Both the position numbers and the translations under genes were made by a program. From positions 106,215,047 through 106,279,046 of the forward strand of contig NC_068981.1 of the NCBI RefSeq assembly GCF_001194135.2: a stretch of DNA of 64,000 bases. The letters run 5' to 3'. Positions 26,566 to 38,293 of the stretch are shown here, in pieces. Numbering within the stretch: position 1 is the first letter of the stretch; each line of letters starts with the position of its first letter. Source of the stretch: Octopus bimaculoides. Lineage: Eukaryota. The notes under the pieces were generated by a model. That model saw only the letters and a list, made by a program, of their open reading frames with translations, ran no database searches and was not told the origin of the DNA.

Positions 26566-26739
26566 ATATTGCGACAGTTACAGAATATAGAAAGAAGTGT
26601 AAAACCGATAACTATATAATCCATCCAAAATATCTCAGTTACACAAATATAAACAGAATTACTATTTCGCCTTAAAATAACATCGTACATTGAGAACCCT
26701 CTTGGTTTAGTGGTACAGAATGTTTTCTGCATATTCTTT

Positions 26740-26935
26740 TATTCTTTTACTTGTTTCAGTCATTTGATGATAGTCATGCTGGAGCACTACCCTTTTGAAG
26801 AAATTGATCCTGGACTTATTCCCTGTAAGCCTGGTGCTTATTTTATCAGTCTCTTCTGCTGAACAGCTAAGTTACTGGGATGCAAACACACCAACATCTG
26901 TTGTCAAGTAATGGTGATAGGGGTACAAACACACA
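26740..26935 (-). mobile_element. SINE family B, 3' part
   Basis: catgctggagcactac...cttattccctgtaagcctggtgcttattttatc. Confidence 0.8.
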
Positions 26936-26961
26936 CAAAAACATACACACATACATACATG

Positions 26962-27346
26962 TTGTTGGCACTCCGTTGCTTACGATGTCGAGGGTTCCAG
27001 TTGATCCGATCAACGGAACACCCTGCTCGTGAAATTAACATGCAAGTGGCTGAGCACTCCACAGACACGTGTACCCTTAACGTAGTTCTCGGAGATATTC
27101 AGCGTGAAACAGTGTGACAAGGCTGACCCTTTGAATTACAGACACAACAGAAACAGGAAGTAAGAGTGAAAGAAAATTGTGGTGAAAGAGTACAGCAGGG
27201 TTCGCCACCATCCCCTGCCAGAGCCTCGTGGAGCTTTTTAGGTGTTTTCACTCAATAAACACTCACAACGCCCGGTCTGGGAATCGAAACCACGATCCTA
27301 TGACCGCGAGTCCGCTGCCCTAACCACTGGGCCATTGCGCCTCCAC
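26962..27346 (-). mobile_element. Full-length, young-looking tRNA-derived SINE (family C)
   Basis: Head GGCGCAATGGCCCAGTGGTTAGGGCAGCGGACTCGCGG...GGTTTCGATTCCCAG with A- and B-box-like motifs, CpGs retained, (CAA) tail. Confidence 0.85.
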
Positions 27347-27398
<52 letters not shown>

Positions 27399-28499
27399 CT
27401 ATGATGGGCTTGGAAGTGGTGGTGATGTTGGCTGGTGCAATTTTGTGGTTTGCTGGTATGTTGAGAGAGATCCAACTCTGTTTCTCATATATTCTAAGTA
27501 CAGCTGCCTTTGCTCTTGACTCATGTGTTCTCGATTCTGTTGATCTCTGTCTCTCTTATTTTGAAAATACACTTCTCTTTGGTCCTGGATCATTTGTTCT
27601 ATCCTTTGCTGATTTCTTTCCCTCCTATGCTGTAGGATACACTCCCTCTCCTCTTGGCTTAATTCATTCTTCTCTGTCTCATCCTCGCGTGATTTTGATT
27701 CCTTATTTCATTGTGAGTAGTACCTCAACATGGCTGAACAACCAATCCCACCCAGTTGAGGTTCATAAAATGTGTTGTACTATTCATCCTTTCAATTGTT
27801 GAATCCAAAATGTGGCTCACAAGACCTCTGTTTGGGTGATTTTCCTGAGTTATCATCTCACCTTTATATGCCAATCCATCACAAAATTACTCATTTACAG
27901 CTGACTGGACTAGAGCAATGTGAAATGAGGTGTCATGCTCAAGAACACAACACACAACTGGTCTCTTGAATTGAAACAATGATCTTGCAATTGTGAGTGC
28001 AACATCCTAAACACAAGGCTACACCTTCACTAGTTGTGCTTATATTCTTCTTACCTTGCATCACACTGATTCTGAAAGAGAGAGAGNNNNNNNNNNNNNN
28101 NNNNNNNNNNNNNNNNNNNNNNNNNNNNNNNNNNNNNNNNNNNNNNNNNNNNNNNGGGGGGGGGGGGGAGAAAAGCAGGCTGATCTCAGTACTTGACTGA
28201 TACTTCATTTCATTAACCTAGAAAAATAAAAGGTGAAATTGACAGTTGGGGTGATTTGCACTCAGAATGCAGAGAACTGGAACATATATTGTCCAGTTCT
28301 TGTGATTCTACATTTTGATTCTACATTTTGATTCTACAATGGAATGTCAATTCCATTACAAAAAGAAATGAAGAAATTGTATATTCAAGTGTGATATTTA
28401 TTTTCAGCGCCTGCCAGTTGGGGACAAAATTCTAAGAAGTAAACTGTATAAATAATTGTTTCACTCTCCTCAGAGTGAAAGGCAGACTGTATGATATCT

Positions 28500-28720
28500 G
28501 TAAACAGACAGCAAAACATGGGCTGTGACTGCAGCAAAACATGGCAGCAAAACATGGCAGCAAAACATGGGCTGTGACTGCAGAGGACATGCAAAGCTTG
28601 AAAGAAATGAAGCCAGCATGCTCTGCTGGATATGCACTGTCAGTGAGCATGTACAACAAAGCGTAAATGTTTCAAGGGAAAAATTAGGTATAAGAGGCAT
28701 CATTTTACCTATGTATTTGC
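28500..28720 (+). mobile_element. RTE LINE C-terminal fragment with a local 13-nt tandem repeat
   Basis: TWAVTAEDMQSLKEMKPAC / LERNEASMLCW; cagcaaaacatgg repeated four times. Confidence 0.8.
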
Positions 28721-28769
28721 CTTCTTCCCAGTTCTGCTTTCCATTTTTGTATGTCCTCAAATACACCTT

Positions 28770-31335
28770 ACCACCAACTTTAAAAAATCTTGCTATGTCT
28801 TCCCTGGCACTTTTTCTTTTCTTGCCAGGTAGTAATTTATCAAAAACTGACTTACTTCTCTTGCAAACATCAGCTCCACTGGTGAGCTACTTGCTAGTGT
28901 ATTCAGGTTTGGTGTTACATGGTACACTCTTAAAAATTGTTGAAGAGTTACCTCATCCATGCTTTCCTTGTTTGCTTTTCTTAAAGCTCTTTTGAAGGTA
29001 TCAACAAAGTGTTCTGCCTGTCCATTAGATCTGGGATAGTATGGCGCCATAGTTATATGTTCTACTGTGGACATTTCACAAATTTTTTGAAATTTGCTAG
29101 ACACAAATTGTGTTCCATTATCATCAATTACTTGTCCTAAGTATTTGATTTTTTTTTTTCTTTCAGCAAGAATTCCCACTTTACCTCCACACCAAAAGGA
29201 AACTGCTTAAATTTACTGTAAGTCATGGTGTGTGTTAATTTTTAACAAATGTGAGTACGTGCAACTAAAAAAATCATTCACTCTTATTGAAAAAATGTGT
29301 ACAAACTCTTTGTTTGTCATTCTTCTTTTTCATGTAAACCATCAGTGTTGCCCAGTCTGTGTGGTCGTTCTTTTCAATTATACCAAAATTTTCCAGTTCT
29401 TTGCTAACCTGGTCAATTGCTGCAAATGGTACATTTCTTTTTGGCCTACATATAGGTATTTCATGTTTTACTGCAATTTTTTGTTTTAGTCCTTCAGCCT
29501 CATTTGAGCCTTCGACTAAGGCAACTAATTTCTACACAAAACACTTATGGGTGTATTCCATAAATCAAATAGTTGTATCCACTTTGTGCCAAATAAATCA
29601 AGTGAATGTTTTAATACATATATCTTAGCCTTTTTTGTTTGACTTTGAAATGTTACATTACATATAATTTCACCGATAAAATAATCTTTTTCCCATAACA
29701 CCATGTGCTACCTTTTTAGATTTAATTAATTTCAGCTTACTGACATACTTCCATGTTTTTTCATTTTTAATAATAATGCCACTACCCATGTCCAACTGCA
29801 TTTTAACAGTTGTATTTCTGATTTTCACCTTCATGAATTTTCTCATCATTATTTTTCTATTTCTTCTGATGATATACTATTTATTCTTTTATCTTTTTCC
29901 TGATGTTTTATCATCTTCATTCTACAATGTGATTTTATGTGTCCTATATTTACACAATGAAAACACTTCGCTTTTTTAAATGGGCAATTTTTCCTCAGGT
30001 GCATACCACCACATGCAAAACATGGGTTTATATCCTGATGTTTGTCGTGTTTTTTTAGTCTATTCAGACTATTCTGCACTGGCTTTACCAGGAAACAATC
30101 TTTATGTTCAATTTCCTCTGTGTTGTGTCTTAATTTAAGTATCCTTTTACATTCTTCAGACACTTTTTGCAGGATTACAGCGTAGCTATGCTCCAGTTTT
30201 GCAAGAATTCTAGTTCTGACTTCTGCGTGCTTTTCGGCAGTTAGTCCCTGTGTAAAAATCAGGCATTTGAACATATCTGGAGTTAATTAATCCAGCTTAA
30301 ACTTCTCTACCAGTATATGTGATGTAGCCCTCATTATTCTACCAGTATATGTTTACTCTACCAGTATATGTTTACTCTACCAGTATATGCAATGTAGCCC
30401 ACATTACTATTTTTCTCTATGTTCAGACACTTACACCATGTGTTGTACAAGGAGCTTTTTTCTCTGAAAATCTTACTCAATATATCTATTGTGTCATTAA
30501 ACTTTACATCAGATGGTTTTCTTGGGAGTACAAAATTACTGTATTGTTCATGTTCTGTTGGTACCAGTTTTCTTCAGATTAAGTGAGTTTTTATCACATC
30601 ACCTCAGTCTTTACATTCTCAAAGATTTGCTCATATCTTCTGTAGTATCCTTTGAAGGGGACTCCTTTATCAGGTTTGTATTTGAATTCAGTTATTGAAT
30701 TCACAACATAGTCTGGCAAGAACACTTTTTCTGGCTTTCCTGATGACCTCAGTAATTGCAGCATTTGTTGCTGTAATATTAATTGTTGTTGTTGTTGTTG
30801 CTGCTCTTGCAGTTGTATCTGCTGTTGTTGTTCTTTCAACTGTTGTTGTTGCTGTTTTTGCAACTCAAGCAAACCAGCCAACAAATCTTCCATGATTTTA
30901 CGATTTTTCATAAAATTTACACAACAAAAACTCCTCTAGGAGTTTCAATTGACTCCATGTGAATTGGTTTATCCTCATCACCACTGTTATAAAGTGGTCT
31001 TTTACCACTGTTTCATCTGTCTTTGTATGATAGTTTTTGCTCTGACAGATATTGTTATATTCCGAAGTCGTCAATAGAATATTTCTTTCTGGCACTGTAT
31101 GATCCCCAGTAGTACAATGTTATTATCCTCAAAAATTTGGATCATTATAACATCCACTCAGTATTACAGTATAATTACTATATCAGCACAAACATTACTA
31201 TCAACACAGTTTACACATACTCTTGTACTCTATGTACTCTCTCAATACTGGCCGACATCACCTTATTTATAGTGACTGTTTCATTCCACTCATCACATGG
31301 GAGGGGTGTATTATTATTTCTAATTCCCTACAACA
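28770..31335 (-). mobile_element. Internally deleted Ty3/Gypsy LTR retrotransposon
   Basis: Gag with polyQ and CX2CX3HX4C/CX2CX4HX4C knuckles (CFACGGMHLRKNC, CFHCVNIGHIKSHC), RT N-terminal remnant, and integrase DNGTQF...PYYPRSNGQAEHFVDTFK. Probable 5' LTR starts TGTTG at 31335; no 3' LTR seen. Confidence 0.9.
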
Positions 31336-31344
31336 CTTCTACTT

Positions 31345-31391
31345 TAGCCTTTATGAGTGGGTTTGGTAGACAGAAACTGAAAGAAGCCTGT

Positions 31392-31433
<42 letters not shown>

Positions 31434-31572
31434 TGTGTTTGTCCTCCCACCATCACTTTTCAATTGATCTTGATGTGTTTATGTCCCCATAACTTAGCTG
31501 TTCAGCAAAAAAATCCAATAGAATAAGTACCAGGCTTATAAAGAATAAGTCCTGGGTCAATTTCTTCAGATA
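31345..31572 (+). mobile_element. SINE family B fragment
   Basis: tttggtagacagaaactgaaagaagcc...(GT)n...aatagaataagtaccaggctt. Confidence 0.85.
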
Positions 31573-31814
31573 AAAAAGAATATAAGATTAAGATTAATGT
31601 AATATAAAGCTGAAGCAAATTAACACCANNNNNNNNNNNNNNNNNNNNNNNNNNNNNNNNNNNNNNNNNNNNNNNNNNNNNNNNNNNNNNNNNNNNNNNN
31701 NNNNNNNNNNNNNNNNNNNNNNNNNNNNNNNNNNNNNNNNNNNNNNNNNNNNNNNNNNNNNNNNNNNNNNNNNNNNNNNNNNNNNNNNNNNNNNNNNNNN
31801 NNNNNNNNNNNNNN

Positions 31815-31850
<36 letters not shown>

Positions 31851-32264
31851 CATATAATGAACATATATACAAAAAGCTGCTTTCAGTTTCTGTCCATCAA
31901 ATCCACCCAGGGCTTTGGTTGACCTGAGATTATAGTAGAAGACACTTGCTGAAGTACAATGTGCTAGTGTGAACTTCTCTTAACAAGTGACTTGACTTAT
32001 ACTAACTTCTCTTCACTACATTTAGTTTAGCGTCCCCTGTTTTATTCTGACACTACACTTCACTCTCCCCTTTTACATTCCTGACCTCTCCTACTAATGG
32101 TGTTACCCTATTGTCTCTCTTTATTAGACTTGCAGGGAAGCAAGGTTCTTAAACACCCAACCATGCCTGTACATATTAAATAAATCATTTGAAAATAATA
32201 ACCAAATAAACAATCAAATGGCACTAGTTTATTTTATATGTCCCTTGATGTTTCTTTACCATTC

Positions 32265-33375
32265 GTTCTGGATTCCCCTTTGGATGAGACTTTGCTGCCT
32301 ATATTTGGTTCATTTGAACCAAGTAGAAAAATGCATTTATAAATGTATCAAGAGTTGCTTGCATCCACAATAGTCTTTTCTATATAACTTTCATGATAAC
32401 AGTCATGAGATACATTTAGATCTTTATCTACTTTTCTACTCCTCTTGAAATTTAAATCCTGCAACTTGAATGTTTCAGTTAGTTTTTGAATGTGTGTAAA
32501 AATTCAGTCGAGCTCTTTAAGATTGAAAGAATAAACAGGAGTTTCCATTGTGAGAGCCTCTTCAGTCCATTCATCATGCTTTTTAAACTTCAATGTGATC
32601 TTCAGCTGTGAGTTCATTTATTGTCTGATTGAAAGATTATTTATGTCATTCATAGAAATAACTAAAGCGTAATTTATAACCATTATCAGTGATTGTTACT
32701 GTTGCATTTCAAACAATTTCTTCTGGTTCTTTATACCTGTCAAAACTGCAATAAATCGACAAAGATTTTTGCATATGTTTTTCCTTTCATTCTTTGTAAC
32801 TTTGTTCTGAGCTCCTTTTATTATTTTAGCTGCAAGCAAAACATTGAATAATTTCCAGAGTTTTAGTGTTGGGCATCCTTCCTTATTAAATAACATTCAT
32901 GATCAAATGTACACTGAAGATGATATACTTTAAGTACTGCAGTAACACCATGATCTGTTGGTTATGAAAGTAGCATTGTATTTGACAGCATAAGCAGTAT
33001 TCAGACATCTTGGTGGTGATGAAGACAATGTGAAACATTTAGAAGACAATCTTCATATTTTTCACAAGGTGATGAAAAAAAAAAAAAAACAACCTTTAAA
33101 CAGTGAAGCAGTAACTCAAGTGTTTATATTTGCTTTCAATATGACTAGAAATGTAGATATTTATAAGGCTTTTAGATGCCCTTGGATTTTTGGCAGACGG
33201 CATAAACATGGGCCTCAACAATCTTTAATTACTGCTAAACAATAACTGGTCTTTAGTTACTTTAAAATCTGGCATCAATTACTCTTCTTTTGCAATATAG
33301 TTTCTCACTGGTGGGCACTTTTGAAATTAGCCCATTTCATCTACATTGAAAATTTGAGAGGATGTATAATCTTCT
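32265..33375 (-). pseudogene. Old Tigger-type transposase relic (only partly covered by the ORF track)
   Basis: Manual translation gives SQIFNVDEMG, KNPRASK, P(T)DHGVTAVLKVYHL, LKLWKLFNV and FKLQDLNFKRSRKVDKDL, collinear with the Tigger DDE and C-terminal regions. Confidence 0.75.
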
Positions 33376-33411
33376 TTTAATATAATATTCTTTTAATATT
33401 TCCTCTATTTT

Positions 33412-33550
33412 AGGCTGTGAGCTGGCAGAATCATTAGCACACTGGGCAAAATGTCTAGTGCCATTTTGTCCATCTTCGTGCTCTGAGTTCAAATTTTGCC
33501 AAGGTCAACTTTGTCTTTCATCCTTTTGGGACACTTGATAAAATAAGTGC
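33412..33550 (+). mobile_element. SINE family A, 5' part
   Basis: gagctggcagaatcattagcacactgggcaaaatg...ctgagttcaaatt. Confidence 0.8.
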
Positions 33551-33668
33551 CAACAAAACTGTCCGATGAATGGGAACATGAAACTCTGAGTAACAATTTT
33601 TTGTTATATTTCTGCTGCTTTTAAATAAAGTTTATATATATATATATAGCACGGAAGGCGGACATTAT

Positions 33669-34954
33669 ACAGGGTGCAATGGGTAAATTGTCGCCATTTT
33701 ATATTTTCAATTTCACACATGCGCATTGTTTTTCTTTGATTTTGTTGACTACATAGTATAGTAGGGTCAGTTGGGCACCATCTATGAGAAAAATAGCATC
33801 ACGACGCGATTTAGTCGGCCAGAAATTTGAAAACAACATGATGTACTGCTTAGCATTCACGCCAGAAGCTCCAACATGAACATTTGAGAGTGTTTGGGTG
33901 TCAATCTGAGGACAGTGCAGAGGATTTGAAAAGAGTTGGATGAGTCTAATGGAGATTACGAAGGTATGGCAGCTCGGGAAACTTGCTCTGATAGTTCTGA
34001 TAAGAAAAGAACTTGTGAATTTGTTGGTGAGATTCAGGCCATGATTGACAACAGTCCTCTAAGTTAATCAGGTCCATCACCAGGGCCATGGGTCTGAGTT
34101 TCTTTTCAGGCAGGTAGTACATGACGACTTTCAGTATTCCTCATACATGATGAGAAAGGGCCAATTTTTATCTCAAGCCATCAAGGACAAGAGGAAAGAC
34201 TGTTCTATGAAGCTTTTGAACAAACCCAAGCATCCCCTCCAACTGAACATGTTCTGGTTTTTCTCAGACGAGATAAATTTCTGCCAGGAGCAGATGGTGA
34301 ACACACAGAACAACCATTGGCTTGCTGTGTCCCCAAGACATGTACCAAGAGTGATAAAAATCAAACATCCAGTCAACATCATGGTGTTTGGAGTGATCAC
34401 TAGTGATGGTGACGTTATACCTCCATTCGTCTTCTCACATGGTCTCAGACTCAACATGAAGGCCTACATCAAGTGCCTGGAGGAAGTAGTGCTGCCCTGG
34501 GTCAAGATGGTGGCTGCTGGAAGACCCTATGTCTGGCAACAGGACTCTGCACTATGTCACACAAACAGGATAACCCATTCACGGCTGTCAGACAATTTCT
34601 GAAACCACATCACCTCTAACATCTGGCCACCTAATTCCTCAGACTGCAACCCCCTTGATTATTATGTGTGGGGTGCAGTTGAACAAAAGACCAACAAAAC
34701 TCCTCGTAACACCAAAGATGAACTGAAGGCAAGGATTATGGCAGTATTCAATAACTTAAACAAGGAGACCGCCCAGAAGAGTTGCAGGAGATTCTGAAGT
34801 CTGAAGTCGCCAATGGCGATTTTATTTAATGAATTTACGCTCTAGAATTTCAAAATATTTTTATGTAATTTTGGTATATATATCTGTTAAAATGTGATGT
34901 TAGTGATGTTTTCATTTTTGCTTAATTTAGACAACAATATATTCACCGCAGCTG

Positions 34955-34955
<1 letters not shown>
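33669..34955 (+). mobile_element. maT (DD37D) Tc1/mariner transposon, near full length
   Basis: WFFSDE, IMVFGVI, VWQQDSA, WPPNSSDCNPLDYYVW; I count 37 positions between the second and third D, one an in-frame stop. TA-flanked TIR-like ends tacagggtgc.../...gcagctgta. Confidence 0.9.
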
Positions 34956-34984
<29 letters not shown>

Positions 34985-34989
<5 letters not shown>

Positions 34990-35325
34990 TCTTTTATTTG
35001 TTTTAGTCATTTGACTGTAGCCATGCTGGAGCACTGCCTTTAGCTGAATAAATCAACCCCAGGACTTATTCTTTGTAAACCTAGTACTTATTCTATTGTC
35101 GCTTATGCTGAACTGCTAAGTTACGGGTACGTAAACACACCAACATTGGTTGTCAAGCAATAGGGGGGGGGGACAAATACAGACAAACATGTATATATGT
35201 CAACATATATATATACAGCAGGCTTCTTTCTGTTTCCATTTGCCAAATCCTCTCACAAGGCTTTGATTGGCCTGAGTGCCATGCAGTGGGACTGAACCTG
35301 GAACCATGTAGTTGGGAACGAAGCT
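34985..35325 (-). mobile_element. SINE family B
   Basis: tcatttgactgtagccatgctggagcac ... ggaaccatgtagttgggaacgaagcttctta. Confidence 0.85.
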
Positions 35326-35327
35326 TC

Positions 35328-35560
35328 TTATTTCTTTACTGCCCACAAGGGGCTAAACATAGAGGGGACAAACAAGGACAGACAAACGGATTAAGTTGAT
35401 TACATCGACTCCAGTGTGTAACTGGTACTTAATTTATCGACCCCGAAAGGATGAAAGGCAAAGTCAACCTTGGCGGAATTTGAACTCAGAACGTAACGGC
35501 AGACGAAATACCGCTAAGCATTTCACCCGGTGTGCTAACGTTTCTGCCAGCTCGCCGCCT
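35328..35560 (-). mobile_element. SINE family A, young copy
   Basis: Minus strand ggcggcgagctggcagaaacgttagcac...cgttctgagttcaaattccgcc; CpGs retained. Confidence 0.9.
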
Positions 35561-35608
35561 TGGAAGCTTCTTACTACACAGCCACTCCTGCACCTATATA
35601 TATTTACA

Positions 35609-35650
<42 letters not shown>

Positions 35651-36550
35651 GACTGCAATTTCAAGTAAATATTGGTGCATTGTTATACCACCATTCTATA
35701 TTTAAATTTATACTTTAACCATATGGTGCTTTATTTTACTAGAAAACAATATTCCTGTATTGCATTTTTAAAAAATTTTCTTTGGAAACTTTTTCACTTT
35801 TTTGTTTCTGTTAGCAGTTAGGCATTCAAGTGAGTATACTGACATTGATGTGACAATCTGTTCTGGTAAATCTAGCTGAAGAGAACTAATCAAGTTTATG
35901 TGAACAAACATATCTTGAAGAGTTTGAAACTTAGGTCCTAGATTATCCACATCTGGGTTGGCCATTTATCTGATGTTCTTCATACAGGTAAGATGAAATT
36001 TCTTATGTTCACTGCCTGCACTTATCTTTGCCAGTATATACGGTGAAGCTTTATTATAGCATAATATATTATTGACTACTATTTCCAGTAAATATTGGTG
36101 CATTGTTGTACCACTATTCTATATCTATATTTATATTTTAACCATATGGTGCTTTATTTTACTGGAAAACAGTACTCTTGTATTGCACTATTCAAAATTT
36201 TTTCTTTGAAAACTTTTTCACTGTTCTTGCTTTTGTTAGCAACTAGGTGTTCAAGTGAGTATACTGGCACTGATGAGGCAACATCTGAAATTTTTTTCTG
36301 GTAAATCTAGCTGAAAAGAACTAACCAAGTTTACATTAACAGATGTATCTTGAAGAGTTTGAAACCTAGGTACTAGATTATCCACATTTGGGTTGGATAT
36401 TTATCTGATGTTCTTCATACAGGTAAGATGAAATTTCTTATGTTTGCTGCCTGCACACATCTTTGCCAGTGTATACGGTGAAGCTTTATTATAGCATCTT
36501 ATATTATTGACTGCTATTTCCAGTAAATATTGGTATATTGTTGTACCACT

Positions 36551-36558
<8 letters not shown>
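35651..36558. repeat. Tandem duplication, ~423-435-bp unit, two copies plus the start of a third
   Basis: gtaaatattgg at 35665, 36088 and 36523; the units align throughout. Confidence 0.95.
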
Positions 36559-36594
<36 letters not shown>

Positions 36595-36604
36595 NNNNNN
36601 NNNN

Positions 36605-36644
<40 letters not shown>

Positions 36645-37404
36645 CCATGCATTTCTTGTTGTAAATGTTTCTTTGCAGTTGTTATTATTGTTATTGTTAT
36701 CATGAAGCATCTTAAAAATAGATAAAGTTTCACCACAGCTCACATAATAGGCATGTTTAGTCATAATATTTGAGATCAGTTACTGAAGTTGACAAAAGCT
36801 TTTCTCTTTGAGGAATAAAGTTGATCATTTCTTTATTGCATACTTTTGAAGATTGCAAGTAGTGTGCACTTTTAATTCCATTCTGATGTTTTTCTTCATC
36901 CATTAAAATTGTAGATACAATTAATTGACCCAAAGAAAAATTTTGAAGTTAAATCTTTAATGGCCTTTCTAGCTTTGTGTTGTTCATTTATGATCTTGTA
37001 TTTTGTTTGTAAAGTTGTTTTCTGTTTCTGTATATTATCAATTGACTGCCATACTTTTCTTTCAGTCTGGTACATTGAAAGGATGAATTAATTCAAAAGT
37101 TTTAAAACAAAAGAGCAGCATTAAGATTCATGCTTGCACAAGTCAATATGCTAACTGAATAACTGAATGAATAAACAAATACGTATGCACATGATCAATG
37201 TGTAATGCAGTAATTGAACTTTAAAAGCAATCAAGATGAATGTCTAACATTTATTTGGCACAATTAACTATTAAATGTTTATTTTATAATTTGATTAAAA
37301 AAATATCAATAAAATGGAAAATCAATAAACGAGGTATTGCTTCATAGATATTATTGTAGATTATTAATTATTATGCAGGAATAGTGTTACTATTTTGTTA
37401 TGAA

Positions 37405-37630
37405 GAGTTCCAAATAATCCCTTCTACTATAGGCACAAAGTCTGAAAAGTTTTGGGGAAGGGCTGTTGATTACATCAACTCCAGTGCATAAGTGGTACTT
37501 GTTTATCAAGTCCGAAAAGATGAAACACAAAGTCAAACTTAGGAAAATTTGAACTCAGAACATAAAAAGCTGGAAGAAATGTTGCTAAGCATTTCACTGG
37601 TGTGTTAACGATTCTGCCAGCTCACTGCCT
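37405..37630 (-). mobile_element. SINE family A
   Basis: gattacatcaactccagtgc...atttgaactcagaac...ctgccagctcactgcc. Confidence 0.85.
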
Positions 37631-38293
37631 TTGAGTCCTTAGTAATAATACTTAATGTTCATGTTACATTAATAAATGAGAGTTGCTGCATTTATATATC
37701 TGCTGTTAAGTTAGTGTGTATCAAGATTAAACCAGATTGGTTTAATTAAATGCAAATTATTTCTGTTGCAAAACCACATGAAAACATTTGATCACGGCTG
37801 AAACCCCCTTCCACACACACCTGAAACTCCATTACACAAATAAATCTAAGTTGGACATAAATTTAGCCTGCCTGCTGGTTTTCCTTCTCTTTTATTTTAT
37901 CTGATCTCACTTCTTACCCTTCCAATGTTTAATGCTTAATCACTTAATTCTCCTTTTCATCCCTCTTCTTTCTTTCACTCCTTCTTTCTTTCTACTTTTC
38001 TTGGAAAAAGATTTATATTTAGTATTCACGCAGAATGTTGTTGTAATTGTTGGGAACATGATAGCATGGATTGAAATAGGATTAAGTCTATAAATTTAAT
38101 AAAATTATCTAAAACTCTACTACTTGAAATATTTGCTCCTGAACTACCTGGTCTTGAGTTCAGTTCCACTGCACATCACCTTATGTTAGAATAATGTACA
38201 ATAGCCGTGAGCAGGCCAAGGTCTTATAAGTGAATATTGTAGATGAAAACTGAAAGAAGCTCGTCTGTCTGTCTGTTTCCTTTTATATATATA

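Noticed and set aside
27270-27346. tRNA-like sequence on the minus strand
   Set aside because: It continues into a ~300-bp SINE body and tail and the acceptor stem does not close; it is a SINE head, not a tRNA gene.
30760-30870. PolyQ tract
   Set aside because: It lies in the Gypsy gag N-terminus and is not a host gene.
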